Below are positions 1 through 12,383 of a DNA stretch of 64,000 nucleotides, piece after piece; the first letter of the stretch is position 1, and the number at the start of each line of letters is the position of its first letter. Source of the DNA: an uncultured Candidatus Rokubacteria bacterium (GTDB lineage: Bacteria; Methylomirabilota; Methylomirabilia; Rokubacteriales; CSP1-6). The notes beneath the pieces were generated by a model. That model did not search any database, had not been told where the DNA came from, and saw nothing but the letters and a program-made list of their open reading frames with translations. The stretch covers positions 512,001-576,000 of the forward strand of contig CAWBMV010000034.1 of assembly GCA_963789955.1 (NCBI GenBank), written 5' to 3'. A program made the translations under genes and the position numbers.

Positions 1-1260
<1,260 letters not shown>

Positions 1261-1261
<1 letters not shown>

Positions 1262-2267
1262 CACTTGAGCCCGATCAAGTAGGTCGCCACCGCGCGGGCC
1301 TGCTCGTCGGTGAGTCCGAGCGCCGGCATCTTCGCGTCCGGCTTGATCGCCGGCGGATCCTTGATCCACGCGGCGACGTTCTCGACGGTGTTCGGCAAGA
1401 TCCCGGCCGCCAGCGTGTGGCGGCTCCCGAATCGGGTGAGATCGGGACCGAGCGCCCCGCTCGACACACCTCGGATCGTGTGACAGTCCGACGCATGCGC
1501 TCTGCGCGAAGATCGCCTTGCCGTCGGCGGCCGGGCCGGCGGGCGGCTCCGGCGGCTCGACCTTCTGCGCGGCGACCCATCGCGCGAACGCGTCGGGCGC
1601 GTCGACGATGACTCGCATGCCCATGTTGGCGTGCGAGACGCCGCAGAACTCGGCGCACTGGCCGCGATATTCGCCGGGCGTCTCGGCGGTGAACGTCAGC
1701 CGGTTCAGCCGTCCGGGCACGACGTCGCGCTTGCCGCCGAGCTGGGGCACCCAGAAGCTGTGGATCACGTCGGGGCCGTCGAGCACGAGCGCCACCGGCC
1801 GCCCGGCCGGCACGTGCAGCTCGTTCGCGGTGACGATCTGGAGCGCCGGATACTGAAACTCCCACCACCACTGTCGCCCGCGTACCGTGACCTCGAGCGC
1901 GTCACGCGGCGGGCGCGGCCTGCGTCCGGAAGATCACCTGGATCGTCGGGATCGCGATCACGAGCAGGACGATCGCGGGCGCGATCGTCCACGAAATCTC
2001 GAGCAGGGTGTGGCCGCGCGTCTGCGCCGGCATCCCCGACGCGCCCGGCCGGGCGCGGAAGCGGGCCAGCACCCACGCCAGCATGAGCGCCCACGAGCAG
2101 CGCGATGCCGACGTGATCCACGTGATGATGGAGTAGACGTGCAGGATGTCGCGCGCGAAGTCGGAGCGCGGCACGACGGTGCTCATGGGCCCGTCCCACG
2201 CGCAGCCGCCCAGCGCGAGCGTGAGGGCGAGCGCCCCGCGGCGCACCGGGCGGATCAGTGATTGCAT
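1261..2267 (-). CDS. ctaC: Cytochrome c oxidase subunit II with C-terminal cytochrome c domain (caa3-type), frameshifted
   Basis: Pieces in ORFs 1902..2327, 995..1813 and 1261..1467: lipobox-like LGGC, LEISWTIAP, CuA motifs HSFW and CAEFCGVSHANM. CVGCH is restored by removing one base near 1487, followed by GPDLT...KMP. Confidence 0.9.
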
Positions 2268-2345
2268 CGACACGTCGGCCGCGGCCTTGGCGTCTTCTAG
2301 CGTGCCATGGGCGAGGTCACTCGGCATCCCCTGCGAGCGCCGCCG

Positions 2346-3593
2346 TCAGGCGGTAGCGTTTGCGAGAGCCAGGAGCGTGTGCAGGAGCGCGTTCGCGCCG
2401 CGCTCGATCGCCTGCCAGTCGCTCATCTCGTCGACACGATGGCTGCGCCCGCCCAGCGAGGGGATGAAGATCATCCCGGAGTCGGTGATGCGGGCCAGGT
2501 TCTGGGCGTCGTGGCCGGCCGCCGAGTACAGACGACGGGTCGCGAGCCCGAGATTCGCGCACACCTTTTCGGTCACCGCCTGGACCCGCGGCGAGCACGG
2601 CGCCGGCGTCGTGGCCGACATGGGCTGGATCTCGAGGCCGACCTTGTGCGCGCCGGCGACGTCGCGCGCGAGGGCCGCGCACTCGGCGGCCAGGCGCTCG
2701 AGCACCGCGACGTCCGGATCGCGCATCTCGTGCACGAGCTCGGCGCGGGCGGGGACGATGTTGGACGCGCCGGGATGCACGCGAACGACACCGAAGTTGG
2801 TCACGCTGAGCTTGCTGCCGTGCGCGACGACGTGGGCGCGCACGCGCAGCGCGTAGTCGGCCGAGGCCAGGAATGCGTCGCGCCGGCGATCCATCGGCGT
2901 GGTGCCGGCGTGGTCGGCCTGGCCCAGGAAGATCACGCGCGAGCGGCGCACACCGACGATCTGCTCGACGACGCCGATCGGAATGCCCGCTTCTTCGAGC
3001 CGAGCGCCCTGCTCGATGTGGAGCTCCAGGTAGGCGGCGACGGCCCCGGCCGGCACGCGGGCCTCTGGAGCGCGATGCGCGTCGAACCCGGCGCCCGCCA
3101 TCGCGTCGACGAGCCGCGCGCCGTCGACGGCCGCCATCTCGTCGAGCTTCGCCCCGTCGAGCATGCCGCAGAACGCCCGCGACCCGAAGAGACTCCCGTA
3201 GCGGCCTTCCTCGTCACTCCAGGCCGCGACGACCAGCGGCTTCGCGTGGGGCGTGCGTGTCTCCTGGATCGCGTGGAGGCACTCGAGTCCCGCGAGCACT
3301 CCGAGCGCGCCGTCGAGGATGCCGCCCTCCGGGACGGTGTCGATGTGCGAGCCGGTGAGGACGACCGGAGTTTCCGGACGGATGGCTCGGATGCCCGTCG
3401 CGCCAAAGACGTTGCCGGCCGGGTCGACCCACGTCTCGAGCCCGGCCGCCCGCATCTCGCCGAGCAGCCAGGCGCGCGCTTCTTCGTGCGACGGCGACCA
3501 GCACATGCGCGTCACGCCGCCACCGGGCAAGGCGCCGAAGCGGGCCAGCGTGTTGATCCGAGAGGTGAGTCGCGGCAGCGAGATGGAGATCAC
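2346..3593 (-). CDS. M20-family Zn amidohydrolase (allantoate amidohydrolase / N-carbamoyl-L-amino acid hydrolase family)
   Basis: Motifs GSHIDTVPEGG..DGALG, DEEG, ELHIEQG, DHAGTTPM, SAAGHDA, GRSH. Confidence 0.92.
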   Translation of the reverse strand: MISISLPRLTSRINTLARFGALPGGGVTRMCWSPSHEEARAWLLGEMRAAGLETWVDPAGNVFGATGIRAIRPETPVVLTGSHIDTVPEGGILDGALGVLAGLECLHAIQETRTPHAKPLVVAAWSDEEGRYGSLFGSRAFCGMLDGAKLDEMAAVDGARLVDAMAGAGFDAHRAPEARVPAGAVAAYLELHIEQGARLEEAGIPIGVVEQIVGVRRSRVIFLGQADHAGTTPMDRRRDAFLASADYALRVRAHVVAHGSKLSVTNFGVVRVHPGASNIVPARAELVHEMRDPDVAVLERLAAECAALARDVAGAHKVGLEIQPMSATTPAPCSPRVQAVTEKVCANLGLATRRLYSAAGHDAQNLARITDSGMIFIPSLGGRSHRVDEMSDWQAIERGANALLHTLLALANATA

Positions 3594-3611
3594 TTGGACG
3601 GAGTATAAGCC

Positions 3612-3654
3612 TTGACTTCGCCAGGGGAAGGATCCGAAAATGAACCACCGTTCA
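3612..3654 (+). promoter_or_regulatory. Putative sigma70 promoter with overlapping palindromic operator for the ACAD pair
   Basis: TTGACT(3612)-N18-GAAAAT, followed by the palindrome TGAAC-CACC-GTTCA (3641-3654). Confidence 0.45.
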
Positions 3655-3687
3655 GTCGTTCGGCTCGCCCACCTTCAGGAGGGGAAA

Positions 3688-4879
3688 TTGGATCTCTCAC
3701 TGACTCCGGACCAGGAAGCTTTCAGGGCGACCGTCCGCTCCTGGCTCAAGACGAACATCCCGCGCGAGTGGAAGTCGACGGGCAGCTCCGAGCTCCCGCG
3801 CGCCGAACAGTACGAGTTCCTCCGCCGCTGGCAGCGCACGCTCGTTCGAGGCCGGCTTCATCGGTCTCACGTGGCCCAAGGAATACGGCGGCGGCGGCCT
3901 CACGTTCATGGAGGAGCTGATCCTCCAGCAAGAGATGGCGCTGGCGAAGGCGCCCCCCATCCTCAACGTGCTCGGCGTCGGCATGGGCGGTCCCACGATC
4001 ATCGCGTGGGGTACTGAAGAGCAGAAGAAGCGCTATCCGGCCAAGATCCTCTCCTGCGAGGAGATCTGGTGCCAGGGCTACTCGGAGCCGAATTCGGGCT
4101 CCGACCTCGCGTCCTTGCAGACGCGCGCGGTCAAGGACGGCGAGCACTGGGTGATCAACGGGCAGAAGGTGTGGACGTCGTTCGCGCACGTCGCGGACTA
4201 CATGATGCTGCTCGCCCGGACCGACCCGAGCGTGCCCAAGCACAAGGGCATCACGTATTTCCTGCTCGACATGAAGCTCCCGGGCGTCACGGTGAAGCCG
4301 CTCAGACAGATCACCGGCGAGGCGGAGTTCAACGAAGTCTTCTTCGACAACGTCCGCGTGCACGAGTCGCAGGTGCTGGGCGGCGTCAACAACGGCTGGG
4401 CGGTCGGGCTCACGACCTTGATGTACGAGCGGCTGACGCTCGGTTTCGGCCTGCAGATGCGGCTGCGTATCGCGCTCGACGGCCTGCTCGAGCTCGCGAA
4501 GGGGATGGAGAAGAGCGGCCGCGTCGTGACGAAGGATCCGGTCATGCGCCAGAAGCTCGCGCAGCTCTGGATCGACACGGAGTGCCTGAAGTACACGGGC
4601 GCGCGCGCGATCACCAAGCTGCTCCGCGGCGAGATGCCGGGCCCCGAAGCGTCCACCGGCAAGATGGCGTGGGTCGATACGCATCAGCGGCTGCAAGAGA
4701 TCGCGATCGAGATCGAGGGGCCGTACTCGCAGCTCGTGAAGGGCTCGGACTGGGCGGTCGACGGCGGCGTGTGGCCTCACTCGTTCCTCCGCTCGCGCGC
4801 CAACTCGATCGAGGGCGGGACGACCGAGATCCAGAAGAACATCATCGCCGAGCGGCTGCTCGGCCTTCCCAAGGACTAG
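3688..4879 (+). CDS. Acyl-CoA dehydrogenase (likely catalytic subunit of a heteromeric pair); frameshift near 3845
   Basis: TTG start after GGAGGGG (MDLSLTPDQEAFR). ORF 3908..4879 has WCQGYSEPNSGSDLASL, INGQKVWTS, FNEVFFDNV, SIEGGTTEIQKNII. Confidence 0.92.
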
Positions 4880-4883
4880 CCCC

Positions 4884-6020
4884 ATGGACTTCGGATTCAG
4901 CCAGGAGCAAGAGCTCCTCCGCTCGACCGCGCGCAAATTCCTCGAGAACGAGTGCACGTCCGGCTTCGTGCGGGCGCGGATGGAAGAGCCCGCCGGCGTC
5001 ACCGACGAGTTCTGGGCCAAGCTCGCCGAGCAAGGCTGGCTCGGCCTGATCTACCCCGAAGAGCACGGCGGCTCGGGGCTCGGCTTCGTCGACCTCACGG
5101 TGCTGATGGAAGAGATGGGCCGCGTCGTGATGCCCGGGCCGTTCTTCTCCACGGTGCTGCTCGGCGGCCTGGCGATCCGCGAGGCCGGCTCGGCGGCGCA
5201 GAAGAAGGAGTGGCTCACGAAGATCGCCGCCGGCCAGGCCAAGGCCACGCTCGCGTGGACCGAGCCGAGTGCGCGCTGGGACGCGGCCGGCGTGACCTGC
5301 ACGGCGAAAGAAGAGAAGGGCGGCTTCGTGCTCAACGGCACGAAGCTCTTCGTGCCCGACGCGCATCTGGCCGACGCGATCGTCGTCGTTGCGCGCACGG
5401 GCGAGGGCAAGGCCGAGGACGGCGTCAGCCTGATCCTCGTGCCCAAGACCACGCGCGGCGTGCAGGTGAAGCTCCTGCCCACGATGGATCAGACGCGCAA
5501 GCTCTGCGAAATCACGTTCCAGGACGCGGCGGTGCCGGCTGACGCGCTGATGGGCGTCAAGGGCAAGGCGTGGCCGACGCTCACGCGGGTGGTCGAGCGC
5601 GCGACCGTGGCGCTTTGCGCCGAGATGTGCGGCGGCGCCCAGCGCGTGCTCGACATGACCACGGACTACGCGAAGATCCGGATCGCGTTCGGCAAGCCGA
5701 TCGGGACGTACCAGGGCGTCAAGCACAAGGCCGCGGACATGCTCGTCGACGTCGAGAACGCGAAGTCACTCACGTACTACGCCGCGTGGGCGGTCGACGA
5801 GAACTCGCCGGAGGCTCCGCTGGCGGCGTCGATGGCCAAGGCGTACGTGACCGACGCGTACCGCAAGATCGCCGGCGCCGGGATCCAGCTCCACGGCGGC
5901 ATCGGGTTCACCTGGGAGCACGACCTGCACCTCTACTTCAAGCGCGCCAAGTCGTCCGAGTTCACGTTCGGCGACGCGACGTATCATCGCGAGCGGGTCG
6001 CGCAGCTGATTAATCTGTAG
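4884..6020 (+). CDS. Acyl-CoA dehydrogenase family protein (partner subunit)
   Basis: MDFGFSQEQELLR, GTKLFV, RIAFGKPIGTYQGVKH, IQLHGGIGFTWEH; lacks the C-terminal YEG-type motif. Confidence 0.92.
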   Translation: MDFGFSQEQELLRSTARKFLENECTSGFVRARMEEPAGVTDEFWAKLAEQGWLGLIYPEEHGGSGLGFVDLTVLMEEMGRVVMPGPFFSTVLLGGLAIREAGSAAQKKEWLTKIAAGQAKATLAWTEPSARWDAAGVTCTAKEEKGGFVLNGTKLFVPDAHLADAIVVVARTGEGKAEDGVSLILVPKTTRGVQVKLLPTMDQTRKLCEITFQDAAVPADALMGVKGKAWPTLTRVVERATVALCAEMCGGAQRVLDMTTDYAKIRIAFGKPIGTYQGVKHKAADMLVDVENAKSLTYYAAWAVDENSPEAPLAASMAKAYVTDAYRKIAGAGIQLHGGIGFTWEHDLHLYFKRAKSSEFTFGDATYHRERVAQLINL

Positions 6021-6095
6021 CTGGGGGGTACGAGACGCATCCCCCCAGACCCCCCGATTCGCGGGTGCGAGCGAGCCGTTGGCTCGCTCGCGTCT
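6021..6095. repeat. REP-like double hairpin immediately after the ACAD stop codon
   Basis: CTGGGGGG..CCCCCCAG stem (6021-6048), then GCGAGCGAGCC-GTT-GGCTCGCTCGC. Confidence 0.55.
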
Positions 6096-6172
6096 GCTGT
6101 AACGGTCTACTGCCTCGCTCCGCGTGTCTGGCTCCTCCTGCCGTTCGTCCTTGCTAGCGGTAGTGAGCGGTC

Positions 6173-7017
6173 GTGAGCTCGACGCGTGGCGTGCCGGCGG
6201 TTCCGGCGGTGCCGAAGCCGGCGGCGTCGGTCGTGCTCGTGAGGCAGGCGGCGCCGCGATCCGCTGAGCCTATCGAGGTGTACATGATCCGGCGGAACCG
6301 CAACATGCGGTTCCTCGGCGGCTACTATGCGTTTCCCGGAGGCAAGGTCGATCCCGGCGACGGGGTTCCCGAGGCGCGCCGCGCGCTGTCGCGGCGATCG
6401 AGGCCGCCGACGCCGAGGCGATCGTCACGGAGCGGGAAGGGGTGCCGGCGCTCGCGTTCTGGGTGACCGCGGTGCGGGAGCTGCTCGAGGAGAGCGGCAT
6501 CCTGCTGGCGTGCGACGAGAGCGGACACACGCTCGACCTCTCGGCGGCGCGTGTGAAGGACGGCATCGAGCGCTGCCGCAAGGCGCTCATGGCCGGCGAG
6601 GCGCCGTTCACCGAGCTGATCGCCCGCGAAGGCTGGTACTGCGACCTGCGGCCTCTGCACTACCTCTCGCACTTCATCACGCCGACCTCGAGCCCGATTC
6701 GCTTCACCGCGCGCTTCTTTCTCAGCGCGATGCCGGCCGGCCAAGAGCCTCGGCTCTTCACCGAAGAGACATCGGAGGGGTTCTGGATCTTCCCCGGCGA
6801 GGGCTATCGGCGCTACCTGTCCGGCGAGATGAAGATGGCCGAGCCCGGCGAGTACGGCCTCGGCTATCTGGCCCAGTTCGCCTCGCTCGGCGAGCTGATG
6901 ACCGCCCATCGCGACGGCCGCCACAAGTTTCAGGGGATCGCCGATCGGCTGGACGTGGCCTGGAGCAGCTTCGACTGGAAGCAGAACCGGTTTCCGTTGC
7001 GATCACCTGAGAAGTGA
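6173..7017 (+). CDS. NUDIX hydrolase (frameshifted near 6380)
   Basis: PKPAASVVLVR...FPGGKVD in 6173..6466 joins AVRELLEESG...HFITP...RFTARFF in 6442..7017. Confidence 0.85.
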
Positions 7018-7121
7018 AGGGGATCGGCCCGGCGCAGCCGGCCTCTTGACAGCGCCCAGCGCGACGTCTACGGACCGCGCGAATTGAAAATCGTATCTCG
7101 CCCCGTGCCGGGTGGTCGTCG

Positions 7122-8075
7122 CTAACGGCCCGCCGTTCGCGGACGCAACACACGCTGCACGCCGTTCACGACGGCCAGTACCAGGGCACCGGCCACGACG
7201 CCTATGAGGGCATCGAGCAGGAGGGACGTCGCGAGTCGAAGCATGCCGGCGATGCCCGGGCGCGCGGCGAGGCCTTCGGACAGGCCTTCGATCCAGCCGT
7301 GTAGCCCAGGAATGCCATGGACGAGGATACCGCCGCCCACCAGGAACATGGCGGCCGTGCCGCCGATGGACAGGCCCTTCATGAGAAATGGCGCGGCCTT
7401 GAGAATGCTCGCCCCGATACGGCGCTGAATCCGGGCGACCACCGCGTCACCCTCGCGCCGGCTGAGATACAGTCCGCCGTCGTCGAGCTTGACGATGCCC
7501 GCGACCAGGCCGTAGACGCCCGCCGTCATGAGGAGCGCGATGCCGACGAGCACCGCTCCCTGCGTCATGAAGGGCGCGTCCGATACGGTGCCCAGCGAGA
7601 TGACGATGATCTCCGCCGAGAGGACGAAGTCGGTGCGCACGGCCCCCTTGATCCGCGCTTTCTCAGCCGAGACGAGGTCTACCCTGGGATCGGACCTTGC
7701 CCGCACCAGCTCGGCGTGGTGCGCGTCGTCCTTCGTCGGGCTGTAGAGGAACTTGTGCGCGAGCTTCTCGAAACCTTCGTAGCCCAGATATGCGCCGCCG
7801 ATCATGAGCAGGGGCATCACGGCCCACGGCGCGAAGGCGCCGATGGCCAGCGCCGACGGCACCAGGATGGCCTTGTTCAGCAGCGAACCCTTGGCGACGG
7901 CCCATACGATCGGTAGCTCGCGATCGGCCCTCAGGCCAGCCACCTGCTGAGCGTTGAGTGCGAGGTCGTCGCCCAGCACGCCCGCGGTCTTCTGCGTGGC
8001 GACCTTGGTGAGCGCCGACACGTCGTCGAGCAAGGTGGCGATGTCGTCGAGCAGGGCGAGCAGGCTCGATGCCAC
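7122..8075 (-). CDS. DUF808 / YedI-family inner membrane protein
   Basis: SLLALLDDIATLLDDV, KTAGVLGDDLALNAQQV, RELPIVWAVAKGSLLNK, GAVRTDFVLSAEI; probable GTG start at 8075. Confidence 0.9.
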   Translation of the reverse strand: MASSLLALLDDIATLLDDVSALTKVATQKTAGVLGDDLALNAQQVAGLRADRELPIVWAVAKGSLLNKAILVPSALAIGAFAPWAVMPLLMIGGAYLGYEGFEKLAHKFLYSPTKDDAHHAELVRARSDPRVDLVSAEKARIKGAVRTDFVLSAEIIVISLGTVSDAPFMTQGAVLVGIALLMTAGVYGLVAGIVKLDDGGLYLSRREGDAVVARIQRRIGASILKAAPFLMKGLSIGGTAAMFLVGGGILVHGIPGLHGWIEGLSEGLAARPGIAGMLRLATSLLLDALIGVVAGALVLAVVNGVQRVLRPRTAGR

Positions 8076-8343
8076 GGTTGCTATTGCACGCGGAGACCGG
8101 CGGCCCTCGCCACCAGACGCCACGCGCCGATTTCGTTGCGGACGAATTCACCCATGTGCGTGGAAGTATCCGTCAGCGGCTCGGTCCCTTGCGCGATTCA
8201 GTTTCTCCCCGACATCGGCGAGCCGAAAGTACGCGTCACGGCATCGCCAACCATATGATGGTGTCGCGCGGTGTGCGCGCCGGCGCTATCATCCCGTACC
8301 ACGTGCTCGATTCGAATCCGGGATTGTCGGCACGTCCGACGTC

Positions 8344-10385
8344 ATGACTTCGGATCATTCATTCACGCCTGTTGAAGGAACCCAGACGCCGGGCGTCCAG
8401 CCCGAGCGCCTCGAGAAACAGCGCATCCCCTTTCGCGAACAGCTGCCACAGCCATCGCTCGAGTATCGATCCGCCGTCGGAAAGTGGCTGAGGCGCGGCG
8501 AGTCGGTGGGCGACCACGCCGAGCCAGGAGGTCGCGACCCATCCCTGGTGGAAGGTCATCTGGCTGACGGGCGTGGACTACTTCTCGACCCTCGGCTACC
8601 AGCCCGGGCATCGCGCTGCTTGCGGCAGGCGCGGTGGCGCCGATCGCCACCGTGATCCTCGTCCTCGTCACGCTGTTCGGCGCGCTGCCGGTCTACGCGC
8701 AGGTGGCCGGGCGCAGCTACGCCGGGCAGGGCTCCATCGCCATGCTCGAGAATCTGCTCGACGGCTGGAAGGGCAAGGTGCTCGTCCTGGTCCTGCTCGG
8801 TTTTGCGGCCACCGACTTCGTGATCACGATGACGCTGTCGGCCGCCGACGCCGCCAAGCACGCCATCGAGAATCCGTTCCTCCATCCCGTGCTCGGGGAC
8901 CACCAGATCCTGGTCACGCTCGCGATCCTCACCGTGCTCGCGGCGGTCTTCTTGAAGGGGTTCAACGAGGCGATCGGCCTGGCGGCGGCCGCCGCCCTGC
9001 CCTACCTCGCCCTCAACCTCGTCGTCCTCGGGCGCGGCGCCTTGGAGGTGATCGCGCACCCGGCGCTGCTGGCTGGCTGGCGCTCTGCGCTCGATGCGCA
9101 AGGGCAGACTTCCCGCTGCTGATCGCCGGAGCCGTGCTGGTGTTCCCGAAGCTCGCCCTGGGGCTGAGCGGCTTCGAGACGGGGGTCTCCGTCATGCCGC
9201 TGATCGACGGCGGGGACAGCGGATCGAGCCCACAAGCCGCGGACAGGCGGCGCGCCGATGGGGCGCGTGGCCAATACCCGCAAGCTCCTGCTGACCGCCG
9301 CCGTCATCATGAGCGGCATGCTGATTCTGTCGAGCCTCGTCACCACGCTGCTCATCGACCCGGCGGACTATCGGGAGGGCGGCAAGGCCAGCGGGCGCGC
9401 CATCGCGTTCTTGGCCCACCGCTACCTCGGCCCCGGGTTCGGCACGGTGTACGACGCGTCGACGATCCTCATCCTCGGTCTCGCCGGCGCGTCGGCGATG
9501 GCCGGCCTCCTCCATCTGATCCCGCGGTACCTGCCGCGCTACGGAATGGCCCCCCGCTGGGCCGCGCTCTCCCGGCCGCTGGTGCTGGTGCTGTTCGCCA
9601 TCGACGTCGTCATCACGCTGGTCTTCGGCGCGTCCGTGGAGGCGCAGAGCGGCGCCTACGCCACGGGCGTCCTGGTGCTGATCCTGTCGGCCGCCTTCGC
9701 GGCCACGCTCGCGCTGTGGCGCGAGCGCCGCCGGGCGCTGGCCTTCTACACCGGGATCCTCTGCCTGGTGTTCGCCTACACGCTGGCGGACAACTGCCTG
9801 GGAGCGCCCCGACGGGTTGATCATCGGCACCGTCTTCACGGTGCTCCTGATGCTGGCGTGCGCCCTCAGCCGGTCGATACGCTCGGTGGAGTTTCGCATT
9901 CCGCACGGATACTTCTCGGACGTCGAGAGCTGGCGTCATCGGGCCGGAGACGAGGGGCAAGAAAGTGCACCTGGTTCCCATCCCGAGCTCCTCGGCGGAC
10001 GCCCGCCGCAAGACGAGGGACGAGATCGTCCGGCACTACAACGTGCGCGGACCGTTCCTGTTCCTTCACGTGAACCTGCTCGACAACCGCAGTGAGTTCT
10101 CCGCGCCGCTCGAGGTCAGCCTCCGGAAGGAGGGCGACGACTACGTGGGAGAGGTGTTTGGGGCGATCGCCATCGCGAACACCATCGCCTACGTCAGCGA
10201 GGCCATGGACCCCATATCGATCTTCATCGGCCTCACCCGGCGCGACCTGATGGGCGCAGGCCGCCCGCTATCTCCTGTTCGGTGAGGGCGAGACCGGGCT
10301 GATGGTCTACACGATCCTGCTGCGCTACTGGGACTGGACGCCGGAGGAGGACGTGCGCCCGCTCATCTTCTTGATGTCCGATTGA
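8344..10385 (+). CDS. APC-superfamily-like amino acid transporter (multiple frameshifts)
   Basis: Fragments [75 protein letters not shown]-terminus LFGEGETG...RPLIFLMSD*. Confidence 0.8.
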
Positions 10386-10401
10386 ATTTCGATTCTGTGG
10401 A

Positions 10402-11413
10402 TCACGGCCGGCGGTCGAGGGCGGCCAGAACCAGGAACGGCACGGTCCACGCCACGTACTGCAGGAAGAAGACGGTATTGAAATCTACGAGCGTGGCGAA
10501 GACGAGCAGTACCGCTAGGTAGCGTCCGATCTCGCCGCGCGCCGCCGCCAGCAGCACGAGCGTCACGAGGAGGAGCATTGGCAGGCGCGCGGGCAGCCCC
10601 GTGAGCCCCAGTTGGGCGTCGAAGGAAAACGCCCGGACGTGGCTGTCCGCGTTGCGGGTAGCCGAGAAGAGGATCGAGCGCACGAATGCCTCGGCGTTCC
10701 AAGCCAGGAACGGCAGCGACAGCAACCCCGGCACGAGGGCGATCCACCCCGCAGCCCCCGCCGCCTCCCGGAGGCGAGCGCTCGGGTCGGGTGCTCCACG
10801 CCAAGTCCAGACAAGGTAGAGCGGTGTGACGAGGACCGCGATGTGTTTCCAGGCTAGGGAGAGACCGAAGAGCAGCAGCGAGGCGCGACGACGCGTGTCG
10901 AACAGGAGCAGTGAGCCGAGCAGACACAGGATAGGGAGGAAGTCCACTTGGGCGACCTTGGCAACGTAGAGTGTCCAGCGATTCAGGCCCCAGAAAAGTC
11001 CCGCGAACACCCCGAGGACGGGGTGGCCAGTCCGCCGACACGCGACGAAGAGGAGGACACCGATGCCGATTTGAGTCACCAGCACGAGCGGCCGCCAGAG
11101 CCGCAGCCAGGCGTCGTACTCGGTTACGCCGAGGACGCGGGTGCCGGCCACGAGGATGTAGATGAGCGGGAGGTGTGTCGGGTACTTCCGGTTCTCCTGC
11201 ATGTTGCCGGTCATGATCCGCGCGTAGGGGTTCTCACCGGCGGCCAACCGGCTGCCCTCGAGCCAGATGTGGTAGATGTCCGGCCCCTTGAGCTCGACGA
11301 CGGACTCTGGCTTCGGCGTGGGGACGAGCGGCGGCGACGGGGGGAACGGACGGCGAATCCGCGGCGGCCATGACTGCCACGACGGTGAGGGCGAGCGCCG
11401 CGACGACGGACAC
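10402..11413 (-). CDS. GT-C fold membrane glycosyltransferase (GT87/DUF2029-like); frameshift after the N-terminal hydrophobic segment
   Basis: D-x-Y...GENPY...YP..P, QVD, SLAWKH, FFLQY.W motifs; many transmembrane segments; directly downstream of the GT2 gene. Confidence 0.65.
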
Positions 11414-11414
11414 G

Positions 11415-12200
11415 TCAACACCCCGTCGGGGCGGACTCTTCGGGTGAAGGCCGCGGCGCCGCCGTGGGCGGAGCGAACCGCAGCGCCCAGACCTTGGTCA
11501 GGGACTCCAGAACGATGCCCAACGACATCTTGGACTGGCCGGCGCGACGCGCTTCGAAGACGATCGGGATCTCCTCCACCCGGAAGCCGTTCCTCGCGAA
11601 GATGTAACTCAGCTCGATCTGGAAGCAGTACCCCTCGGACTTGATGCGCGACAGGTCGAACCGCCGGAGAGCGGCGACCCGGAAGCACTTGAACCCAGCC
11701 GTGAGGTCGCAGAGGTTGGAGCCGAGCACGGCGCGAGCGTACAGGTTGCCGCCGCGGCTGATCAGCCGCCGGAGCACACTACCACTGGCGACACCGCCCC
11801 CGGGCACGTAGCGCGAACCCACGACGAGGTCCGCGTCACGGATCCGCTCCAGGAACACCGGGAGATAGCGCGGCGGGTGGGAGAAGTCCGCGTCCATCTC
11901 GAAGACGAGATCGTACCCCTCCCGGGCGGCGTGGTCGAAGCCGGCCAGGTAGGCCGAGGCGAGACCGAGCCGCCGGGACCGGGTGAGGAGGGAGACCGCC
12001 GCGTCATCCGCCCGCACGGCCGCCACCGCGTCGGCCGTGCCATCGGGCGAGCCGTCGTCGACGACGAGGACGTCCACCGCGGCGACCTTGCGCACTTCGC
12101 GGAGCAATGCGCCGATGCTCTCGCGCTCGTTGTAGGTTGGGATCACCACGAGGGTGCGCGGGTTCGCAGGCAGCGGCCCCGCCAAAGCTCCCGCAGCCAT
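11415..12200 (-). CDS. Polyprenol-phosphate mannose synthase-like GT2 glycosyltransferase
   Basis: VVIPTYNERESI, VVDDGSPDGT, EMDADFSH, VVGSRYVPGG, DLTAGFKCFR, GYCFQIE, GQSKMS. Confidence 0.92.
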   Translation of the reverse strand: MAAGALAGPLPANPRTLVVIPTYNERESIGALLREVRKVAAVDVLVVDDGSPDGTADAVAAVRADDAAVSLLTRSRRLGLASAYLAGFDHAAREGYDLVFEMDADFSHPPRYLPVFLERIRDADLVVGSRYVPGGGVASGSVLRRLISRGGNLYARAVLGSNLCDLTAGFKCFRVAALRRFDLSRIKSEGYCFQIELSYIFARNGFRVEEIPIVFEARRAGQSKMSLGIVLESLTKVWALRFAPPTAAPRPSPEESAPTGC

Positions 12201-12383
12201 CACGGCGGTGCGTGCCACTTGAAGAGCTCGGTCGTCCCGATTCCCAAGGCTGAACCCCAGATTCCCAAGGCGAGCGATACCGCGCGTCGAGATCGTACCA
12301 AGACCGGTTCGGCCCGTCCACCGCCCCCGAGGGGAGGTAAACGACGCGCCTCGATCGCGCCCGACTTTGCGTATTCTTGGGCC

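Noticed and set aside
8080..8343. Riboswitch upstream of the amino acid transporter
   Set aside because: Some hairpin potential, but no conserved riboswitch core that I can recognise. An Rfam scan would be needed.
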